A stretch of 64,000 nt of DNA from an uncultured Planctomycetaceae bacterium (GCA_963833985.1 CAWIAD010000002.1:2976001-3040000); one strand, 5' to 3'. Shown: positions 52,945 to 63,070, counted from the stretch's first letter. Translations and numbers: made by a program. Notes: a model not told the origin generated them from the sequence alone.

Positions 52945-55199
52945 GCCATCACGGTGTTGCCACGGGAACCTCGCTGTCCGCGCTGGTTGCCCGTGCCGCG
53001 GACGAATTCCTGGACCAGCTTGGTCGGGGCGACCAGCCCGAGGTCTCCGAGTTTGCCCTGCGCTACCCGCAGATTGCCGGAGTTCTTCCTCAGATTCTTC
53101 CCTTTTTACGCATGCTTCAGGACTTCGATCCCGCTTCGAATCAGCCGTTTTCCCTCGCCCCTGAGACCGGTACGCTGGGGGATTTCCGCCTGGTTCGTGA
53201 GCTTGGCCGGGGAGGGATGGGCATCGTCTATGAGGCCGAGCAAATTTCACTGGCGCGGCGCGTGGCGCTCAAAGTGCTTCCGGTCAACCCCGGGCTCAGC
53301 AACAGGCAACTCGCGAGGTTCCAGATCGAGGCCCAGGTCGCGGCGGTTCTCAATCATCCCCACATTGTCCCGATCTTCGCTGTGGGATGCGACCAGGGGG
53401 TGCACTTTCACGCGATGCAACTGATCGAGGGATCCTCGATTGCGGGGCTGCTTCACCAGCCCGCCCAACGCCACGATGGGGCCGCCGGATTTCCTGCCCG
53501 CGAGGCGGCCCGGATGGCGATGCAGGCGGCTGATGCCCTTGAGCACGCTCATGCCCTGGGCATCCTTCACCGCGACATCAAGCCCGGCAACTTGCTGCTC
53601 GATGGGCGCGGGCATCTCTGGGTCAGCGATTTCGGCCTGGCCCACCTCCAGGGAGTCAGCGACCTGACGCTCACCGGAGACCTGCTGGGGACACTCAGGT
53701 ACATGAGCCCTGAGCAAGCGGCCGGCGGTCGAGTTCTCGATCCGCGGACAGACGTCTACTCCCTGGGCGCTACCCTTTACGAGCTGCTTGCCGCGGAGCC
53801 GGCTTTCGACGCGGCCGATCGCCAGGAGTTGCAGCGACAGATTGCCGGTGCAGAGCCCCGCCCACTCAAGGAACGCGATGCCAGCATTCCCCGTGACCTC
53901 GAGACCATTGTCTTGAAAGCCATGGCCAAGGAGCCGGCCCACCGCTACGGCTCGGCGGGGGAGCTGGCCGAAGACCTTGGCCGCTTCCTTGCGGATCAGC
54001 CGGTTCTCGCGCGTCGGCCAAGCCTCACCGAGAAAGCTTCCCAATGGTCTCGCCGCCATCACCGCCTCATGGTCGCGGGTGCTTTCTTGCTGATGCTGGT
54101 CGCCGTGTCGCTGGCCGGAGGTATGGCGGTCTTGTGGAAAGAGCGGCAGAGGTCGAATGCCGCGCTTTCCACGGCTCAGGAAGCGAGGAATCGCGAACGC
54201 GAAGCGCTTCGATTCACCTTCGCGGCATCGGACCGGATCACTTCCAGGGCGCTGGCACTGGTCGCCGCTCCAGATTCCGCGATCAGCGAACTAGACCGGG
54301 AATTCTGCCGTGCGGCGATGGCGTATTACCAGGCGATCTCCGATCGCTATCGCGACGACCCGGAGATGCGCCGGATCGCCGCGGCCGCCGATCACCGCAT
54401 CGGCTTCATCCGGATGATTCTCGATGAACCGGGTGCGGAGGACGCCTATCGCCGGTCGCTCGCGCTCTACGAGAGCGTGCGTTCCAGTTCGCTCAGAGAT
54501 CCAGAACTGGAGACCGAACTGACTCTCGTGCTCGCCGATCAATCGCTCCTGCTCCGGAAAAGGAGGCAGTATACAGAGGCGGCGGATTGCCTGCGCCGGG
54601 TGTTGCAGGTTCAACAAGGCCTGGTCGACGAGCGACCGTTGGTAACATCGTTCCTGATCAGCCTGCTCTTCCGTCAAGCCGAGCTTATGGTACTTCTGGA
54701 AGACACGAATCAGGCGAGCCAGGCCGAGAAAATTCACTCTCGGCTTCAGGAGAACTTCGCCCTGGCACGGCATCGAGGGGCCGGAAACTCCACCATCTGG
54801 AACAGACTTGCCTGGCCGCTGGTAAGTCGGCCGGGTGCCACGGCCCAGGACGCGAGCATGGCCGTCGCGATTGCCCGCGAGGCCGTGACCCTGGCACCCA
54901 AGGATGGAGCTTGCTGGAACACCCTGGGCATTGCCTGTTACCGTGCCGGAGATTTCACAGCGGCCGATGCCGCCCTGGATCGGTCCATGGACTTGCGCTC
55001 CGGGGGCGATCCTTATGACTGGTTCTTTGTCGCCATGATCCGGGACCATCAGGGACAACGAGACACGGCCTTGCAATGGTTCCAGCGTGCCCACCGCTGG
55101 CTGGACGCTCAACCACATCGGGACGCGCTCGCGGAACTGCCTGGCTTTCAGTCTGAGGCCATGCGCGTCCTGAAGATTGAGACAACCTCCTCGAAATGA
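52941..55199 (+). CDS. Hanks-type Ser/Thr protein kinase with TM and TPR repeats
   Basis: LGRGGMGIVY, VALK, HRDIKPGN, DFG, GTLRYMSPEQ; TPR-like WNTLGIACYRAG. Confidence 0.93.
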   Translation: MSHHGVATGTSLSALVARAADEFLDQLGRGDQPEVSEFALRYPQIAGVLPQILPFLRMLQDFDPASNQPFSLAPETGTLGDFRLVRELGRGGMGIVYEAEQISLARRVALKVLPVNPGLSNRQLARFQIEAQVAAVLNHPHIVPIFAVGCDQGVHFHAMQLIEGSSIAGLLHQPAQRHDGAAGFPAREAARMAMQAADALEHAHALGILHRDIKPGNLLLDGRGHLWVSDFGLAHLQGVSDLTLTGDLLGTLRYMSPEQAAGGRVLDPRTDVYSLGATLYELLAAEPAFDAADRQELQRQIAGAEPRPLKERDASIPRDLETIVLKAMAKEPAHRYGSAGELAEDLGRFLADQPVLARRPSLTEKASQWSRRHHRLMVAGAFLLMLVAVSLAGGMAVLWKERQRSNAALSTAQEARNREREALRFTFAASDRITSRALALVAAPDSAISELDREFCRAAMAYYQAISDRYRDDPEMRRIAAAADHRIGFIRMILDEPGAEDAYRRSLALYESVRSSSLRDPELETELTLVLADQSLLLRKRRQYTEAADCLRRVLQVQQGLVDERPLVTSFLISLLFRQAELMVLLEDTNQASQAEKIHSRLQENFALARHRGAGNSTIWNRLAWPLVSRPGATAQDASMAVAIAREAVTLAPKDGACWNTLGIACYRAGDFTAADAALDRSMDLRSGGDPYDWFFVAMIRDHQGQRDTALQWFQRAHRWLDAQPHRDALAELPGFQSEAMRVLKIETTSSK

Positions 55200-55405
55200 G
55201 CCTCTCCCTGACATTCTCACGAGGACGACGCTGCTCCTGAGGCGCCCTCGACAGGATCGTTCCGCGCCGCTCGCTGCCGGTTCGTGGGATCAGACCACCG
55301 GGCCGAACGGCGAGGTTGCGCCCAGGGTTCGCGCCTGGCCAAGGCTCTCCGGCGCGGCTCCCTGAAGCTCAGCACCAAGAGCCGATCGTGAAGGAGTATT
55401 CGTTC

Positions 55406-56152
55406 ATGCCGCTGCCTGATCTTCGTCGCGCCAGTTTCGTTGCCTTTGCCTTGACCATCCTCGCCTGCCAGCAGGCCGCGCGGGCGGATAACATTTACAA
55501 CGTGACCGGTTTGAACTCCAGCGACTTCATTCCGTTCGAAAACGATGGCACCCCCAATCGTCCGCCCGGCGATCACCTGGGCAATGAGATCACCTTTGCC
55601 GGCACGGCGCGGGAACTCGACCACGTCCAGGTCGTCTTCGCCTCGATCGGTCCCATCGAGACCGACACTTATACCCTGGACCTCTACCGCAATAACGGAC
55701 CAATCGACCCAGGCAGCGGTCTGGCCATGCCCGGCACCTTGATCGCAGAGTTCAAGACCAGCGCTCTGAATCAACCGCTACCCGGTAATGGTGGCTACGG
55801 TGTGGACTGGTATTTCAACCCCATCCTGGTTCCCGACACGCTTACCGCCGTGATCAGTTCCAGCTACAGCACGACCACTCCCGGCCAGTATATGGGCCCA
55901 TACGCGGCGGTTTATCCCCCGCTGAACGGCAGTGCCATCAACACCGTATGGTACGGTGACGGCACCCCCGGCAACTGGCAAGCGAACAACACCTGGGCTC
56001 TGAGCGACGGCGGCACGACCAATTACTTCGACATGCGGTTCGACGCTGTTCCGGAACCATCGTCCATGTGCCTGGCCGTGATGGGCGCCGTCCTGGTTCT
56101 TGGCTCCAGCCTGTTTCCTCGGATTCGAGAACGTCTGGCTCGCCGTGAATGA
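55406..56152 (+). CDS. PEP-CTERM surface protein
   Basis: Signal peptide ending ARA; C-terminal VPEPSS + hydrophobic helix + basic tail. Confidence 0.85.
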   Translation: MPLPDLRRASFVAFALTILACQQAARADNIYNVTGLNSSDFIPFENDGTPNRPPGDHLGNEITFAGTARELDHVQVVFASIGPIETDTYTLDLYRNNGPIDPGSGLAMPGTLIAEFKTSALNQPLPGNGGYGVDWYFNPILVPDTLTAVISSSYSTTTPGQYMGPYAAVYPPLNGSAINTVWYGDGTPGNWQANNTWALSDGGTTNYFDMRFDAVPEPSSMCLAVMGAVLVLGSSLFPRIRERLARRE

Positions 56153-56280
56153 CCAATGCTTGTTTTTTCCCCGGGGCCGTGTTTCGTACACACCGGGCAT
56201 GGGCGAACTCGCAAGGTTCACCCATGCCCAGCACCGAAATCCCGCTCGATCTCTGCACCATACGTTTCGATTCAAGTATT

Positions 56281-56744
56281 CAGAGACCGGACCGCCCCTG
56301 GTTCCCCGCGAGCACGACGACCCCGACCGCCAGCAACACCAGCGCCGCCGCGAGCAGAAGGTAGACGTAAGCGTTGCGCGTGCGACGGATGCTCATGCCG
56401 GCGGCCGCCTCCCCGGGCCAGTTGGTTGCGGCGTCATGAGCACGGCCAACCCCGACCCAGGCGCCCTCCTTCGATTCTGACGCCCGATGCCACGCAGTGG
56501 CTAGGGGTCTTCAGCAGGGCTCCAGCGCAGCAAGCCCGCGTCAGGGCGGACCCCAAGGAGCCAGACCCGGCTGGAGCATCCGTGGGACGAGCTTAAAACG
56601 AGCAAGGCGCTACGTCCCACCCTCGCTTCCCAGACTCTGTCGAGAGGCCCCATGGATGAGAATCTGATGATTCGTAATGGAATGCCATTGCCCTCTTGAG
56701 CCAGGGTGTCCGGCAAAGCAAACGGCCCTGACGGCTGGCGATCG
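56281..56744. repeat. 464-bp direct repeat, copy 2; carries a 38-aa truncated GTPase N-terminus (56280-56396, minus)
   Basis: Near-identical to 50142-50605. Confidence 0.92.
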
Positions 56745-56918
56745 TGGGGAAATAAAGGAAATAAAGGAAATAAAGAAATAAGAAGAAATAAAGGGACAGG
56801 CATTGTAAGGGAAAGAAAGGGGAAAGAAAGGGAAAGAAAGGGACAGGCATTGTTGCTTGCCCCGAGACGCTTGCAAGACTGCAATGCCTGTCCCTTTCTT
56901 CTGTGTCCCTTTCTTCTG
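56745..56918. mobile_element. Palindromic mini-element with stuttered flanks (copy 1)
   Basis: AAAGGGACAGGCATTG (56837-56852) / CAATGCCTGTCCCTTT (56882-56897); flanks GGAAATAAA x3, GGGAAAGAAA about x3, TGTCCCTTTCTTCTG x2. Confidence 0.7.
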
Positions 56919-57324
56919 CAAGCGGGGCGACGAGATCGCGCCACGCGGACGACGCTACGAGGGTCGCGTCGTCGTGTTGATCGGGGCGGTGAATAGTTCG
57001 GCCACCTTCCAGTTCGCCCAGGTCGTGAAAGAAAGCAAGCTGGCGACGCTTGTCGGTCAGACTACCGGGGGCAATCAGAGGGGGATCAACGGCAGCGCCT
57101 TCTTCTTCGTTACCCTGCCGAACTCGAAGATCGAGGTCGATCTGCCGCTGGTGGCTAATTTCATCGGCGACGAGCGGCCCACGGGCGAGAAGATACCGTT
57201 TCAGACGATTCCCGATGCCGGTATTGACCCTGACGTTTTGGTTAAGCCCAGCGTCGAGGACATTGCGGCGGGCGTGGATAGCGAGTTGAAGGCGGCCAGG
57301 GCGCTGCTGAAGGGCGGGAAGTAG
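56919..57324 (+). pseudogene. C-terminal fragment of an S41-family peptidase
   Basis: YEGRVVVLI..NSSAT, ATLVGQTTGG, LPNSKIEV, GIDPDV; 5' end cut at the palindrome. Confidence 0.75.
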
Positions 57325-57339
57325 GGGGGAAGCCAGGAT

Positions 57340-57630
57340 GGAGCACGTCAGAATCTTGCCCTGCTTCGCGTTCTGGGCGACCGCCGCCAGTACGAGCGCC
57401 TTGAACGCGTCTGCATCGACCTCCTCGCCTTCGTGTGGGTCGATCGCCCATCTCGCGTTTCCTTCCAGGCTGGAATTGAAGAGGCCCGATGGGTCAGGGA
57501 TACTCGCTCCCTTGGCGAAGGTCAGCTTGACCTAAGGGTTGCCGGTGCAGACGATCCCGTCGCGAGACCAGGTAAGAGCTCCCGCGGGATTCGACGGCTT
57601 GAACCATTTCCGCTCCTCGGTCGTCTCAGG
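57340..57630 (-). pseudogene. DUF1801-family fragment
   Basis: KWFKPSNPAG..WSRDGIVCTG*VKLTFAKGASIPDPSGLFNSSLEGN..IDPHEGEEVDADAFKAL; internal stop, no start. Confidence 0.65.
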
Positions 57631-57893
57631 ATCAACCCGGTGGCCGCGGGGATCGCAGAGGTGCCCGAGGCCAGCCCGCACACGTCGATCAAGGAGCGGG
57701 TCGGCCACGTCCATTAGCAGGGGCGAGCGGAGGACCTGAAGGCCGCCGAGGCCGGCAGCGTGGCGGGGTCGCAGGCGGCGGAGGACCTGGAAGAGGGCCT
57801 GTGGCTGTACCCGATCGAGTACCGCCGGGGGCTGGAATCGGAGTCGGGTCGCAGTCGCGAAGGGATCGTCGAGGAGTTCTCACTGGGCAGCTA

Positions 57894-59066
57894 GTGTCCT
57901 GAGTTACAAATTCACCAAATAACCTTGACTTATCATGTATTCGTCATATAATCTCTCAAAGGAGATTTATGATGAATAAAGGTGGTCGCCCCAAGGCTAC
58001 TCTCACTTTGAATGATGTCGAGCGCCAGAAACTCGAAGCGTGGTCGCGCCGGCCCAAGACCAGCCAGCGTCTCGCCCTCCGTTCGCGGATCATCTTGGCT
58101 TGCGCTCAAGGTTTCGATAATCAGGAAGTCGCCGCACAGCTCCGGGTGAATGTCGTGACGGTCGGGAAATGGCGGAAACGTTTCCTCCTCGATCGTCTCG
58201 ACGGCCTGTCCGACGAGCCAAGGCCGGGGGCGCCCTGCAAAATCACGGACGCAATGGTCGAGGCCGTTGTGACCAAGACTCTGGAGGAGAAACCCAAGGC
58301 CGCCACGCATTGGAGCACTCGGGGCATGGCGGAAGCCGTCGGCTTGTCTCAGACAGCGATCTCGCGTATCTGGCGAGCGTTCGAGTTGAAGCCTCACCGC
58401 AGCGAGACGTTCAAGCTTTCCACGGACCCCTTTTTCATCGAGAAGGTCCGCGACATCGTCGGGTTGTATATGAGCCCGCCGGAGCGCGCTATCGTCTTGA
58501 GCATCGACGAGAAGAGCCAGGTGCAAGCGTTGGACCGTACCCAGCCGTTGCTTCCCATGGGGCCTGGCCAGGCGGAGAGGCGAACTCCGGATTATGTACG
58601 CAATGGGACGACTTCGCTGTTCGCCGCCTTGGACGTCGCGACAGGTCGTGTGATTGGCAAATGCTACCGTCGCCATCGACAACAAGAATTCCTCAAATTC
58701 CTCAACGAGATCGATAGCCAGATCGCCAAAGCACCAGGCGTCGAGATTCACCTCGTCATGGACAACTACGGCACACACAAAGCTCCAGCCGTGAAGCGGT
58801 GGTTCGCTCGCCATCCCGAGTATCATCTGCATTTCACTCCCACCAGCGGCTCTTGGCTGAACCAGGTTGAACGATTCTTCGCGGAGATTACCGAGAAGCG
58901 AATTCGCCGTGGAGTATTCCGGAGCGTGGCGGCGTTGGAACAGGCGATCCATGAATTCCTGGCAAAACACAACGTAAATCCCAAGCCTTTCGTATGGACG
59001 GCAGATGCTGATATGATCTTAGATCGAGTGGCGAGGGTTTGTGAGCGAACTTCTAACTCAGGACAC
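57894..59066 (+). mobile_element. Intact IS630-family insertion sequence
   Basis: TIRs GTGTCCTGAGTTACAAATTC / GAACTTCTAACTCAGGACAC; TA on both sides within CTAG. Confidence 0.95.
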
Positions 59067-59069
59067 TAG
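57969..59069 (+). CDS. IS630 family transposase
   Basis: HTH ([15 protein letters not shown]), [22 protein letters not shown]. Confidence 0.95.
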   Translation: MMNKGGRPKATLTLNDVERQKLEAWSRRPKTSQRLALRSRIILACAQGFDNQEVAAQLRVNVVTVGKWRKRFLLDRLDGLSDEPRPGAPCKITDAMVEAVVTKTLEEKPKAATHWSTRGMAEAVGLSQTAISRIWRAFELKPHRSETFKLSTDPFFIEKVRDIVGLYMSPPERAIVLSIDEKSQVQALDRTQPLLPMGPGQAERRTPDYVRNGTTSLFAALDVATGRVIGKCYRRHRQQEFLKFLNEIDSQIAKAPGVEIHLVMDNYGTHKAPAVKRWFARHPEYHLHFTPTSGSWLNQVERFFAEITEKRIRRGVFRSVAALEQAIHEFLAKHNVNPKPFVWTADADMILDRVARVCERTSNSGH

Positions 59070-59150
59070 TTATTGCTGGTGGATTACACGGGCCGGCTGT
59101 ATCGCGAGGGGAAGGCGGCGATCTCGGCGGAGCTGGCCGGGATTCCTGGA

Positions 59151-59260
59151 AGAAGGACAAGGACAGAAGGACAAGGACAGGCATTGTTGCTTGCCCCGAG
59201 ATGCTTGCAAAATGGCAATGCCTGTCCCTTTCGTCCCTTGTCCCTTTCGTCCCTTTCGTC
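59151..59260. mobile_element. Palindromic mini-element with stuttered flanks (copy 2)
   Basis: GGACAGGCATTG (59175) / CAATGCCTGTCC (59227); core differs from copy 1 at about 4 positions; flanks AGAAGGACAAGGAC x2 and GTCCCTT(TC) about x4. Confidence 0.7.
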
Positions 59261-59685
59261 TCTCCTGGCTCGAAATTCCTCGCTTGAAGGACTTTTCGCG
59301 CGCGCTTCGTGAGCCGAGGCGCGATGGCTCTATCGACGTAGCGGGCGTTGCTGATGATCCATGCGCATGTGGATGCGCAAAAAATACCCCATCGCAACTT
59401 ATGAGTTGAACATTCAAAGGCTCCGTCCTATGCTTCGGAGGCGCAATTGCCTTCAACGTCGATGTGCTTCGCATGAAGGCATTCGATAGAACGATGAATG
59501 CGTTCACGCAAGATTCCTGCTAACCACGTTTCCAAGCGAGCCTGGCCGCATTGAATATCGCGGTGGGCTGTGGTTCCCCCGCGACCCGGACAGCACCATC
59601 CGAGACGTGGCGAGCGCGGCTGCGCGCTGGCCACACGTCCAACCCGTGTGCGAACCGCGTTAAATCTCCCATGCAGGACACAACC

Positions 59686-61053
59686 ATGCGAAAGGAAAGT
59701 TCTGATCGCGCCAGTCCCACCCGGCGGAAAATCCCCGCCCTACTGGGCCTCGGACTCGCGGCGTCCATGCTACTCGTCGCGGGCCTGCTGCCGCCCCTTC
59801 TCAATTCAGGCGATGCGCGCGCCGAGGGTACGAAGAACCGGGCTAAGAGCAGCCCCAGCCGCGTACAGGCAAGGCGGCGCAAACCGATACCAAAACCAAG
59901 CCCCGCGCCGGCACCTGCGCCCTCGCCCACACCCAGGCCAGCCGTAGTCAGCACACCATGGGTCGTGTTCGGCTACAGCGACCTGGGAATGCACTGCATG
60001 AACCAAGACGACTCCGAGCTCTGCTTGCTGCCGCCCTACAGCACCTATCGCGCTCAGGTGATCATCCGCGGAGAGGAGCCGCACATCGTCACCTCGGGAG
60101 CAACCGTTTCTTACAGCATCCCGGGCAACACCTATTCCGTCGGCAAATCCAACTTCTGGAACTACGTCCAGGCGCTCTTCGGAGTGAAACTGCCACCGAA
60201 TATCGGTCTGACGGGAAACGGGCTCACGGGGAGGATGTCGCCGACAAGCAACAACGACTGGCAGGTCACGGCAGTCCCCCTGACGCCCATCATGGATAAC
60301 GGCAAGACGAATACGTTTGCCCTCGGTAAGATCACCGTGACGCAAGGCAGCAAGACAATGGCCACCACCCAGGCAGTCCTGCCGGTGTCTTGGGAGATCA
60401 GTTGCAACCTCTGCCACAATCGGCCCGGCTTCCCGACCACCGCGGCCGACATCCTGGAGGCGCATGACCGCCTTCACAACACAAATCTTCAAAACCAGAA
60501 ACCTGTGCTTTGCGCGATCTGCCACGCCGACCCGGCGCTGGGCACGACCGGCGTCGCGGGAGTTCCAACGCTGTCGGCCTCGATGCACACGGCCCACGCC
60601 AGCCGATTCACGCCTCCGGTGCTGGCTCAGGTCAATGGCATCAACTGCTATGCGTGTCATCCTGGCATCAACACCCAGTGCCAGCGCGACATCCACCTCA
60701 CCAAGGGCATCCACTGCGGCGATTGCCACGGCACCATGACGGCCGTAGGCAACCCAAACCGTATCCCGTGGACTGACGAGCCCAAGTGCGCGAACTGCCA
60801 CAACGTGCCCGGGCACCAGTATGAGGAGCCAGGCAAGCTCTACAAGCAGTCGCGCGGACATAACGGCGTGATGTGCACCAGCTGCCATGGCGCACCGCAC
60901 GCCATCACCCCGACCGTGACCGCCAACGATAACGTCCAGGCGATCACGCTCCAGGGATACGCCGGAACGATCGACAACTGCGTGGTCTGCCACAAGCGGC
61001 GCCCCGACGACAGTTTCAACCACTCGCTCGGCGAAGGAGGTGGTGGCGACTGA
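59686..61053 (+). CDS. Exported multiheme cytochrome c (7 CxxCH)
   Basis: CNLCH, CAICH, CYACH, CGDCH, CANCH, CTSCH, CVVCH; signal peptide, Pro-rich linker, DLGMHCM motif. Confidence 0.88.
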   Translation: MRKESSDRASPTRRKIPALLGLGLAASMLLVAGLLPPLLNSGDARAEGTKNRAKSSPSRVQARRRKPIPKPSPAPAPAPSPTPRPAVVSTPWVVFGYSDLGMHCMNQDDSELCLLPPYSTYRAQVIIRGEEPHIVTSGATVSYSIPGNTYSVGKSNFWNYVQALFGVKLPPNIGLTGNGLTGRMSPTSNNDWQVTAVPLTPIMDNGKTNTFALGKITVTQGSKTMATTQAVLPVSWEISCNLCHNRPGFPTTAADILEAHDRLHNTNLQNQKPVLCAICHADPALGTTGVAGVPTLSASMHTAHASRFTPPVLAQVNGINCYACHPGINTQCQRDIHLTKGIHCGDCHGTMTAVGNPNRIPWTDEPKCANCHNVPGHQYEEPGKLYKQSRGHNGVMCTSCHGAPHAITPTVTANDNVQAITLQGYAGTIDNCVVCHKRRPDDSFNHSLGEGGGGD

Positions 61054-61262
61054 TCTGAAATCAGCCGCGGCGTGAGCAACTCGAACAGACTCCACAACGT
61101 CGACGCGGCCGGGATCGGTTCCAGGCGTCGGTCCCGGCCGCCGTCCTCTGGGAACAGACAACACATCCCTTCGGTGTCTTCCCTCTCGACTCCTGAAGCA
61201 CATTCGTCCACATCGACTCCGGGGAGTTCTCTCCAGCCCGCCTGCGCACACGCCACGACGCC

Positions 61263-61307
61263 AAGGGACAGGACAAAAACAGGACAAAAAGGACAGGCAA
61301 CGCATTC
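61263..61307 (+). repeat. Stuttered element end upstream of transposase
   Basis: CAGGACAAAAA x2 then GGACAGGCAACGCATTC. Confidence 0.65.
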
Positions 61308-61366
61308 ATGACCTGGGCGGTGGAATCGGGTAGCTTGTGCGGATCTTGCTGGGAGGTCCGTGCATA

Positions 61367-61700
61367 ATGATTGCCCGTGCGCATCTGGTGGATCCGTCGG
61401 TTACCGGCTGGTACCACTGCATCACGCGGTGCGTGCGACGGGCGTTTCTGCTGGGTGAAGGCGGGCTCGACCGCAAGGAATGGATCGAACGGCGGTTGCG
61501 GGAACTTGCGGAGATCTTTTCTGTTGCCGTGGGCGGGTTCGCCATCCTCGACAACCGCCTGCACCTGCTGGTGCGGCTCGATCCTGATGTCGCCGCCGGG
61601 TGGTCGGATGAGGAGGCCGTTCGCCGCTGGGGCCGGCTCGTTCCGCCCCGCGACAAGGCCAGGCAGGCTCTGGCGGTCTCGGAAGCCTGGATGCAGGACC
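61367..61700 (+). pseudogene. N-terminal part of HUH/Y1 (RAYT-like) transposase
   Basis: YHCITRCVRRAFLLG, DRKEWIERRL, DNRLHLLV (expected HxH has H>R), WSDEEAVRRW; cut at stutter. Confidence 0.8.
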
Positions 61701-61748
61701 GGAGAAAGAAAGGACAGGAGAAAGAAAGGACAGGCATCTTGCGACTTC
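61701..61748 (+). repeat. Stuttered element end truncating the transposase
   Basis: GGAGAAAGAAAGGACA x2 then GGCATCTTGCGACTTC (shared with 63080-63095). Confidence 0.65.
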
Positions 61749-61925
61749 CCATTTTACAAAAGTGGCTGGTCTGAACCGCTATGGGTTCTTCCCCGTGAGT
61801 CATGAAGAGGAAGGGGCTGAGTCGCTTTGAGTGAGTTCGAGTCGATGAGAACCTCTCAAACCTCACCCAGGAAGCGATTACCCAGGCGGTCACGATGTCG
61901 GAGTCTCGGTGATGCGTCGCGGGGA

Positions 61926-62492
61926 CTAGAGTTCGTCCTCGTGCGGCAGGAGCCGAGCCACCGTCTCGGTAAGGCGACACTGTCCGAGCGTGGCCAGATA
62001 TTCGGCCGCGGTCTTCGGGGGCCGCGTCAGGCCCTCCCGCTGACGCCGTGCCGACTCGAGTACGGCAGCCGGGGCCTCGTCCCAGAGACGGACGATGAAC
62101 TCATCTGGGTGCACGGCTTCGATGTGGTAGCCGCCCAAGACCGAGGCTGGGAAGTCGCTCAAGTTGAACGTGACGATGACCCCTGCTCCGCCGTGGATGG
62201 CTGCGGCGAGTACGTGACGGTCATCTGGGTCAGGGAGCGTGACGGTCCGGATGAGGAATTCATACCGGGTGATCAGGCAGTCCGGGACGTGCCGGTCCAT
62301 GAGTTCTCGACACCGGTCAAGGCTTTCCCGGGTGATGTCCGGACGGTCCGCCAGGACGCTCCGTATCCACTCGTCGTGGATTTCGTCGGTCCAACGGGCT
62401 TGGAAGAGGCTCGTCAAAGCAAGCCGCATGAGGAAATCGCGGAGCGGGGCCGGGTAGAGCACGCAGGCGTCGAGGACAACGATTCGAGCCAT
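61926..62492 (-). CDS. PIN-domain protein (putative toxin)
   Basis: VVLDACVLY, WTDEIHDEW, PDPDDRHVLAAA, TFNLSDF. Confidence 0.9.
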   Translation of the reverse strand: MARIVVLDACVLYPAPLRDFLMRLALTSLFQARWTDEIHDEWIRSVLADRPDITRESLDRCRELMDRHVPDCLITRYEFLIRTVTLPDPDDRHVLAAAIHGGAGVIVTFNLSDFPASVLGGYHIEAVHPDEFIVRLWDEAPAAVLESARRQREGLTRPPKTAAEYLATLGQCRLTETVARLLPHEDEL

Positions 62493-62496
62493 GCGG

Positions 62497-62958
62497 TCAG
62501 TAGCCCATATCGAGGTCTTGGCTCAATGCCGCAAGCTCATCGAGGGCTTCGTGCCGCCTGGCCTCGAAATCCCGCTTGTAGGCGAGGAGGTCCGTCAGTA
62601 GCACGCGGCGGTGACTCCCCACCTTCCGGCCGGGAATCGCCCCCTCGTCCAGGAGCTTCACCAGGTGCGGCCGGGAGACGTTCAGGAGGTCAGCTGCTTG
62701 CTGGGTCGTCAGTTCCGCATGAACCGGCGTCAGGGTCACCGCGTTCCCCTGGCCCAGCTCCGCCAGTGCCCGGACGAGCAACCGCAACGCCAACGGAGGT
62801 AGCACCAGCTCCTCCCTCTCGGTGCCGGTTCTTAGCTCCAGCCGGAGCCCGCCTTTTTGACCCAGGTGGGCCGCGAGTTTCTCGCCCATTTCCCTGGCCA
62901 GGGCCGCGTCGGCCTCGCTCGGTGTGACCACCTCATTGCCGTTTGCCAGTTGGGCCAT
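62497..62958 (-). CDS. Excisionase-like HTH protein (putative antitoxin)
   Basis: ELTTQQAADLLNVSRPHLVKLL..VGSHRRV; upstream of PIN gene. Confidence 0.88.
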   Translation of the reverse strand: MAQLANGNEVVTPSEADAALAREMGEKLAAHLGQKGGLRLELRTGTEREELVLPPLALRLLVRALAELGQGNAVTLTPVHAELTTQQAADLLNVSRPHLVKLLDEGAIPGRKVGSHRRVLLTDLLAYKRDFEARRHEALDELAALSQDLDMGY

Positions 62959-63070
62959 CGCTTGCCGCCTCCTTCCGTCGGTTCTCGACTCCCAATTACG
63001 CTACCACATCCGAACCATAATCGCAACAAACGAAACAATGCCACCGGGCGGCATGGGCGTCGATTACACC

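Larger units (their letters stand above)
57632..59150 (+). pseudogene. C-terminal part of HUH/Y1 (RAYT-like) transposase, interrupted by IS630
   Basis: INPVAAGIAEVPEASPHTSIKER...LWLYPIE...FSLGS [IS630] LLLVDYTGRLYREGKAAISAELAGI; internal stops. Confidence 0.65.

Noticed and set aside
50142..56744. 464-bp repeat as a DGR template/variable pair
   Set aside because: Too long, too few differences, not confined to adenines of one copy, and no RT.
59261..59550. ORF or attC site in lower-GC stretch before the cytochrome
   Set aside because: No recognisable protein motif and no R''/R' palindrome found.
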